Of a DNA stretch of 64,000 bases, positions 56,600 to 64,000 are shown piece after piece. The translations under genes were made by a program, and so were the position numbers. Position 1 is the stretch's first letter; each line of letters begins with the position of its first letter. Source of the DNA: Amphiscolops sp. MND2022 (lineage: Eukaryota); the NCBI GenBank assembly GCA_964187785.1, contig OZ076409.1:92754001-92818000 (forward strand), written 5' to 3'. Under the pieces are notes generated by a model. The model was not told where the DNA came from. It ran no database searches and worked only from the letters and a program-made list of their open reading frames with translations.

Positions 56600-57320
56600 A
56601 ATAAAGTCCATTTATTCCCTAAAGTCAAGAGCGAATCCCTCTTTGTAAATTTCACGTTTGTGTATTTCCAAGCATTACTTATCCTCATTTAAGGACGTAC
56701 ACGGCCCAGAGCCATTGCGATTCAAAGGCAGACTTCCCATTATATTTTGTATTTCAATAATGATTCTATCGTTTATAGCAGAGCATATTGCCCTATTGAT
56801 CTGCGATAGCATTAGGTCCATCAATGAATCCATTTCCCGAGAAAACCTTGCATTCGTTTCATCAGACAATATGTTGATAGACTCTGAAAGTCATTCTTGT
56901 CCAATTGACCCGTTTCTGTTTTTAATATCTCTAATCTCATTCTCTTGAGATGAGTTATTTCTATCAGGCAAGGACTGCATGTCCTGTTGTCCTTCAGGGC
57001 CAATACTTATGCTATCCAATTCTCTTTTTAAAGAGTTCGTATTACCTTCACCTATATGAAGTCCACGTAACCGTATTCGGAAAAAATGTTCATCTCTCTT
57101 GATATGCTGCTTTTAGCCTTTGGTATTCTTGTAGAAGGCATGAAGACTTGTAGAGGAGGAAATCTTTGAATTATTCCCGTAAGCCACTTTGTCAAAATCA
57201 GATTGTACAATCAACTCTCAAAAAAGCAACTTGTTTCGTATACCTTGTGTTGTCAATCGTCCGGTCCGGGTATTTATACCTAAACGGGCGTGACACTCAA
57301 GTTTCCTGGGATCATGTTAC
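56600..57320 (-). pseudogene. Degenerate ORF relic, probably transposon-derived (gag/ORF1-like), with upstream TATA
   Basis: MPSTRIPKAK...SREM start near 57141; later helical FSREMDSLMDLMLSQINRAICSAINDRII; TATAAATA near 57275; broken by stops. Confidence 0.35.
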
Positions 57321-58384
57321 AAAAAACAGATCCTGACTAAAGTAGTAACATCACATCGTTCTAAATATAGAAGATGTCGTCGCAATTGTTTATGAGGATC
57401 AGATGCTTGCCTCAGATGGTCAGAAAAGCTCAGGATCAGATGGTTGAAAAGCAAGGGGACAGTGACGTATGTCCCAATGCGGTCTAGCTACGAATATTGA
57501 ACGCAAAGCAACAATTTACATGTTAACATTTCATGCATATCAGATTCATTAGGGCACTTTGTCTACCTGGCCGTACTCAGCCTTTTCTAATATTCATACG
57601 AGGAAAGGGGCGAAAACTCTCACAATGTCAAAAAAAATGAAAAGGGGGGACCCATTGGAAAATTTCAAAATCCCTTCTGTCGAAAATTTCCAAAAATATT
57701 GACCGGAGACCCTCTCAGGAATTTTTTCAAACAAAAGTTGCATTTCATAGAAAAAATTGAAAGGGGGACCCTTTAGTTTCGTTCGTTATTGTATGTTATG
57801 CGGGAAAAAAAAGAAAAACCTTTTTGGTTCAGTTCCTTGGGCCATCATGTACAGTTTGGCGTCTTCTTAAAACTTTGTAGATCTTTTGGTAGAACTATTT
57901 TGGTCACTGCATGTGTATCAAAAAAACACTGACGAGAAGCCATGAGTATAGTGGACTCTTTTCTTAAGAAAAGTGCCGACTAAAAACGTTATATCAAATA
58001 ACGGAAGGAGCCAATCCTGGAATTTTGTCGCCCTGAAGAGCCAGAGCCCTGGAACGAAACTACATTACTCTCAGATAAGCGGAAACAAAACTTCTATCTA
58101 AAAAAAACTTTGAAACTGCAGCAAGCTGTTGAATGTCATTTTGAACTGAATTGTATCTAGAAAATAAACTTGTTCGCGCATCTCAAAGTTGCTAAGTCTC
58201 AAGTAATTTGTTCTGAACAATTCTGCCGCTGTTTTAATGTTTGTTCACAAATTCGTCTGAATTAATCTTTGAAACACGTTCTAGTCGAAGTTTGACTTCC
58301 ACCCTTCAAGATTTGAGCTATCCAGCTATAGCACAATTAACAATTTAGCAGAGCTGTCTCGCCACAGTATACTACAAACACTTT

Positions 58385-58989
58385 GTGACGCGAAAGAACA
58401 TGTTTCATCGAAACTGGTTAGATTGTTTCTTTTTTTCCTTCATGGTACGAAAAAACATCTACCTCGACAACCATTCTGAAAATCTCATCTTGTCAGATTC
58501 GTTAGTGAAAGATTTTAAAACTCAATCATTTAACATTTTATCAGTACCTGGCGCGCGACCGGAGGATTTCTACTCGTTTTCACCTCATTTTAGTTTTTCT
58601 TGGTGGTAACACCTTAGAGGATTTTACTACCAAAGGTGGTCTTTTTCGCCCCATTGTTGTTGCAATTGAAATCGTTGACTTTGCCTACATCATCTCATTA
58701 CGGACAGACAGTGTTTTTGTTTTAGGCATTCCTCCACGTGGTTATTGTTGTTTACAATCGAAAGAATCGATATTTATCGCACTTTTTAGCAAATACAAGT
58801 ATTGATTTTGTTGGCATTTCTCATTACATTTATGAATTGAGTTACATTTTTGAGGGTTTGTGTCACTTTCTCCTCAGAGCGTTTGCGAAAATCCACAAGC
58901 TGTTGAAGAGAAAAGTTTTGAAAGAAAAATTTAACCCATCGAAAGCAAAGAAAGGCAAGATTATTATATCTTGCAGCTTCCCTTTTTAA
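58385..58989 (+). pseudogene. Degenerate SGNH/GDSL hydrolase-like ORF
   Basis: Across frameshifts ILSDSLVK (block I), SVPGAR (II), VFLGGNTL (III), VLGIPPR, EGLCHF (V-like). Confidence 0.6.
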
Positions 58990-61900
58990 AGTTAGTTCAT
59001 TATTCGCCTACACTTGCCTGCCTGAAAGGGGCTGTGCAGCAATGTTTTGCGGTAACCTGCCTGAAAGGGGCTGTGTTGCTGTTTTTTTGCCTGCCTGAAA
59101 GGGGCTGAGCAATTTCAACAAATACTCGAATAGTGAGACATGACAGACACCGAGAGTGCTGAAAAACTAAAACGAACTAAAGCCTCGCGAAAGGCTCATG
59201 TTGCTATAATTACTCGCAAACAAGCCACTTTTGAGCAAATTGTCAGCAAGACAACACATGAACCAACAGATGAGGATCGAAACACAGCTGAAACTCTTCT
59301 AGCGTCCCTCTCCGATAAAAAAAAGTTGTTGACAGACATAATATTGAAATACTCGATTTAACTGAAAATACCGACAATAAAGGGAAGCCGAAATTGTTCA
59401 CCAAGACGAAATTGACATGAAATTGAAAAGTCGCGTTCGTAGAATTGAATCTTGGTTGAGTGCCAATTTCAAAGCGCAAGAGAGTCCTTCTGCTGAAGAC
59501 TCGTTTCCTTCAGTCTCCACTCATTGTGAGTAGAATACACGACTGTCCAGGAACGAATTGCCAACTTTCGAAGGTGCCTACAAGGATTGGGTACCATTCT
59601 TTGACATGTTCAAGGGCACTGTTGACAATCATGTGTCACTACCTGCAGTGCAGAATCTATATTATTTGAAAGGAGCCTTACGTGGAGAGGCCATGAACGT
59701 ACTTGCACATCTTCACACAGCCAACGCTAACTATTCAGTGGCATTGAACCTCCTCCAAGGACGTTACGAGAAGCAGTGTATGATAACTGGTGCTCAATTC
59801 GTTTACCGAGACCGAGATGGCGCTGAAGCTCTTGGCATTGGCTCGACAGAATGTGATTTTCTGTGGATTCATTATCTATCGGAAAAATTGGATACAATGA
59901 CAGCGCGTGAATTGCAATTGAGTAACTAAGATGGCAAATTGAAGACTCTAAAGGAATTTCGCCAATTTATCGACCAACGTGCAACCGCCCTCGAAGCGGT
60001 TCAGAAGTTGCAATCATTAAGTGTTTAACCGAAAGAAAGACAAAAAGAGACCAGTAACAGACAGAGTTATGCATTCACTTCAAAAGAATGTCCTGTTTGC
60101 AAGCAACCTCATCGCATCGTCCTTTGTCCTAAGTTCACTTCCTCTGAGGTCTCTGTGCGGCGAGAAAGAATTGCGTCTCTGCTTCAATTGCCTCCGTGAA
60201 GGTCACGCTATCCGGAATTGTTCATCGGAAACAGTCTGCCGCACATGTGGTCAAAAACATCACACTCTATTACATGACTCGAATTTGAAAATAACTGATT
60301 GCAGTGATACTTCAGAGTTTGCTGGTTACCAGAAAGACACCACCAAGTACACCCCATGCACCATGCTTTCGACAGCTATGGTATCCATTAGAAATAGTTT
60401 CGGCAAGCTGTTTCATGTCGCGCCCTACTCGATAATGGCTCGCAGATGAGTTTCATAACACAGACTTTGAAGTTATACAAAGAGAGAACCCAATTGAGTC
60501 TCAGTGGAATTTGTGGCATAACCACAAATAAGTGTACATCTCGTACAACACTCGACCTTGCCACGGATCAGGGGACCATCGAAGTCAAAGCCTATGTCCT
60601 GCAAACAATAACCGGTTGCATTCTCAGTAAACCATTGGATATTTCGAGGTTAACCTCATTGATGCAATACTCATTGGCTGATCCGAATTTCAATACTTCT
60701 GCTTCTGTCGATCTTTTACTTGGTGCTGACATCTGTGAAAAATTGAATATAAATCAACGGGAGGAGATATCCCCGGGTCTTTTCCTCCGCAAAACTTTTT
60801 TCGGCTGCGTCTTTGTTGGCCAACAAGAGTCGCTGACATCGATGGCGATTTTGAATTGTCATTTGTCGTTAGAAGAATCTTTAAAGAAAGTCAGGGAGAT
60901 TGAAAACTTTCTATCGGAAACGTTTCAATCCAAAGACTAAATTGGATGTAAGGTTCATTTCGAAGAAACTACCGGGATTGAAAATGATCGTTTTGTTGTG
61001 AAACTACCCATTGTTATTGTTGTTTACAATCGAAAGAATCGATATTTATCGCACTTTTTAGCAAATACAAGTATTGATTTTGTTGGCATTTCTCATTACA
61101 TTTATGAATTGAGTTACATTTTTGAGGGTTTGTGTCACTTTCTCCTCAGAGCGTTTGCGAAAATCCACAAGCTGTTGAAGAGAAAAGTTTTGAAAGAAAA
61201 ATTTAACCCATCGAAAGCAAAGAAAGGCAAGATTATTATATCTTGCAGCTTCCCTTTTTAAAGTTAGTTCATTATTCGCCTACACTTGCCTGCCTGAAAG
61301 GGGCTGTGCAGCAATGTTTTGCGGTAACCTGCCTGAAAGGGGCTGTGTTGCTGTTTTTTTGCCTGCCTGAAAGGGGCTGAGCAATTTCAACAAATACTCG
61401 AATAGTGAGACATGACAGACACCGAGAGTGCTGAAAAACTAAAACGAACTAAAGCCTCGCGAAAGGCTCATGTTGCTATAATTACTCGCAAACAAGCCAC
61501 TTTTGAGCAAATTGTCAGCAAGACAACACATGAACTAACAGATGAGGATCGAAACACAGCTGAAACTCTTCTAGCGTCCCTCTCCGATAAAAAAAAGTTG
61601 TTGACAGACATAATATTGAAATACTCGATTTAACTGAAAATACCGACAATAAAGGGAAGCCGAAATTGTTCACCAAGACGAAATTGACATGAAATTGAAA
61701 AGTCGCGTTCGTAGAATTGAATCTTGGTTGAGTGCCAATTTCAAAGCGCAAGAGAGTCCTTCTGCTGAAGACTCGTTTCCTTCAGTCTCCACTCATTGTG
61801 AGTAGAATACACGACTGTCCAGGAACGAATTGCCAACTTTCGAAGGTGCCTACAAGGATTGGGTACCATTCTTTGACATGTTCAAGGGCACTGTTGACAA

Positions 61901-63283
61901 TCATGTGTCACTACCTGCAGTGCAGAATCTATATTATTTGAAAGGAGCCTTACGTGGAGAGGCCATGAACGTACTTGCACATCTTCACACAGCCAACGCT
62001 AACTATTCAGTGGCATTGAACCTCCTCCAAGGACGTTACGAGAAGCAGTGTATGATAACTGGTGCTCAATTCGTTTACCGAGACCGAGATGGCGCTGAAG
62101 CTCTTGGCATTGGCTCGACAGAATGTGATTTTCTGTGGATTCATTATCTATCGGAAAAATTGGATACAATGACAGCGCGTGAATTGCAATTGAGTAACTA
62201 AGATGGCAAATTGAAGACTCTAAAGGAATTTCGCCAATTTATCGACCAACGTGCAACCGCCCTCGAAGCGGTTCAGAAGTTGCAATCATTAAGTGTTTAA
62301 CCGAAAGAAAGACAAAAAGAGACCAGTAACAGACAGAGTTATGCATTCACTTCAAAAGAATGTCCTGTTTGCAAGCAACCTCATCGCATCGTCCTTTGTC
62401 CTAAGTTCACTTCCTCTGAGGTCTCTGTGCGGCGAGAAAGAATTGCGTCTCTGCTTCAATTGCCTCCGTGAAGGTCACGCTATCCGGAATTGTTCATCGG
62501 AAACAGTCTGCCGCACATGTGGTCAAAAACATCACACTCTATTACATGACTCGAATTTGAAAATAACTGATTGCAGTGATACTTCAGAGTTTGCTGGTTA
62601 CCAGAAAGACACCACCAAGTACACCCCATGCACCATGCTTTCGACAGCTATGGTATCCATTAGAAATAGTTTCGGCAAGCTGTTTCATGTCGCGCCCTAC
62701 TCGATAATGGCTCGCAGATGAGTTTCATAACACAGACTTTGAAGTTATACAAAGAGAGAACCCAATTGAGTCTCAGTGGAATTTGTGGCATAACCACAAA
62801 TAAGTGTACATCTCGTACAACACTCGACCTTGCCACGGATCAGGGGACCATCGAAGTCAAAGCCTATGTCCTGCAAACAATAACCGGTTGCATTCTCAGT
62901 AAACCATTGGATATTTCGAGGTTAACCTCATTGATGCAATACTCATTGGCTGATCCGAATTTCAATACTTCTGCTTCTGTCGATCTTTTACTTGGTGCTG
63001 ACATCTGTGAAAAATTGAATATAAATCAACGGGAGGAGATATCCCCGGGTCTTTTCCTCCGCAAAACTTTTTTCGGCTGCGTCTTTGTTGGCCAACAAGA
63101 GTCGCTGACATCGATGGCGATTTTGAATTGTCATTTGTCGTTAGAAGAATCTTTAAAGAAAGTCAGGGAGATTGAAAACTTTCTATCGGAAACGTTTCAA
63201 TCCAAAGACTAAATCGAATGTAAGGTTCATTTCGAAGAAACTACCGGGATTGAAAATGATCGTTTTGTTGTGAAACTACCCAT
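58741..63283 (+). repeat. Tandem duplication, period 2272 bp (58741-61011 and 61013-63283)
   Basis: All ORFs recur at +2272; only about 3 substitutions noticed; one extra T at junction 61012. Confidence 0.97.
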
Positions 63284-64000
63284 CAAAAATCATTCTTCTC
63301 TTGGTGATAGCCTCAGGCTGCCAAAAGCAAAGCGACGCTTCGAATCACTTGAGCGGCCTTTGGATCAAAATCCTGAATTGAATGAAAGGTACATAAGTTT
63401 CATTGATGAAGTTCTTTCTCTTAAACGTATGGAAGAAGTTCCGGAAAACGAAATTGTGAAGCCATCAACTGGAGTGTATCATCTACCGCATCAGTGTGTA
63501 CTCAAGGACAGTTCAACACCAATTTTCGCGTCGTCTTCGACGGCTCAACAAAAACAAGCAATGGATGCTCGCTAAACGACAACCTGCTGGTTGGTCCTGT
63601 TTTTCAAGATATTTTAATAGCCATCTTGACCCGCTTTTGCTTCAATACTGTTGCATTATTGGGAGACAGAGCTAAAATGTATCGACAAGTAGTTCTAGAT
63701 AATCCGGAGAAAGACTTCCATAGAATTCTCTGGCGTGAAAGTAAAGATGGACAACTTCGCCACTTGCGAATAAAAACGCGTGACATACGGAGAAGCCTAT
63801 TCCGCTTTCCATTCTTCTCGATGTTTAAAAGAGAGCGAATCGCACAGAATACTCGATTGTTAGAGATTGTGTGAATATATGCTTCTACGTCGAAGAATTT
63901 CTTGGCGGAGCCCCAACAATTGATGAAGCGAAAACTTTGTTAGAAAATCATGTTGAAGAACCTCGACGTTATGGTTTCGATTTGAGAAAATGGGCGTCAA
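59010..64000 (+). mobile_element. Decayed BEL/Pao LTR retrotransposon (gag-PR duplicated, RT runs off the window; no LTR seen)
   Basis: LPTFEGAYKDWVPFFDMF...YLKGALRGEA gag; knuckles CFNCLREGHAIRNC and CRTCGQKHHTLLH; RALLDNGSQMSFIT; DLLLGAD; RT YHLPH, RVVFDGS, SLNDNLLVGP, KMYRQV; many stops and frameshifts. Confidence 0.93.

Overview
Repeat-dense, AT-rich eukaryotic (very probably invertebrate animal) genomic DNA; most short ORFs in the track are noise. (1) The centrepiece is a ~17.9-kb minus-strand Ty3/Gypsy-type LTR retroelement (30501-48413, 401-bp LTRs with ~10 mismatches). It has a one-frame gag-NC-RS-pol, then an env-like gene whose motifs resemble chuvirus/Monjiviricetes class III fusion glycoproteins, then further accessory ORFs with splice-acceptor-like signals. 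This is a giant, complex-retrovirus-like element, lightly degraded in this copy. (2) A 5.9-kb Ty3/Gypsy element with identical 234-bp LTRs and a CTAGG target duplication (2646-8579) sits near the centre of a MITE-MITE palindrome. (3) A spliced host class A GPCR gene (TM1-TM6, perhaps TM7) on the + strand, not resolved by the ORF track, has exons from 1808 to 24145 or ~30450 and at least one frameshift. (4) A decayed BEL/Pao element carries a near-perfect 2272-bp tandem duplication and is preceded by an SGNH-hydrolase relic. (5) The rest includes a LINE remnant, a solo LTR and several non-autonomous DNA-element families (TA-flanked MITEs, CCC/2-bp-TSD CMC-type elements, DINE-1/HINE-like repeats). 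All family assignments come from motif recognition by eye; no database searches were run.
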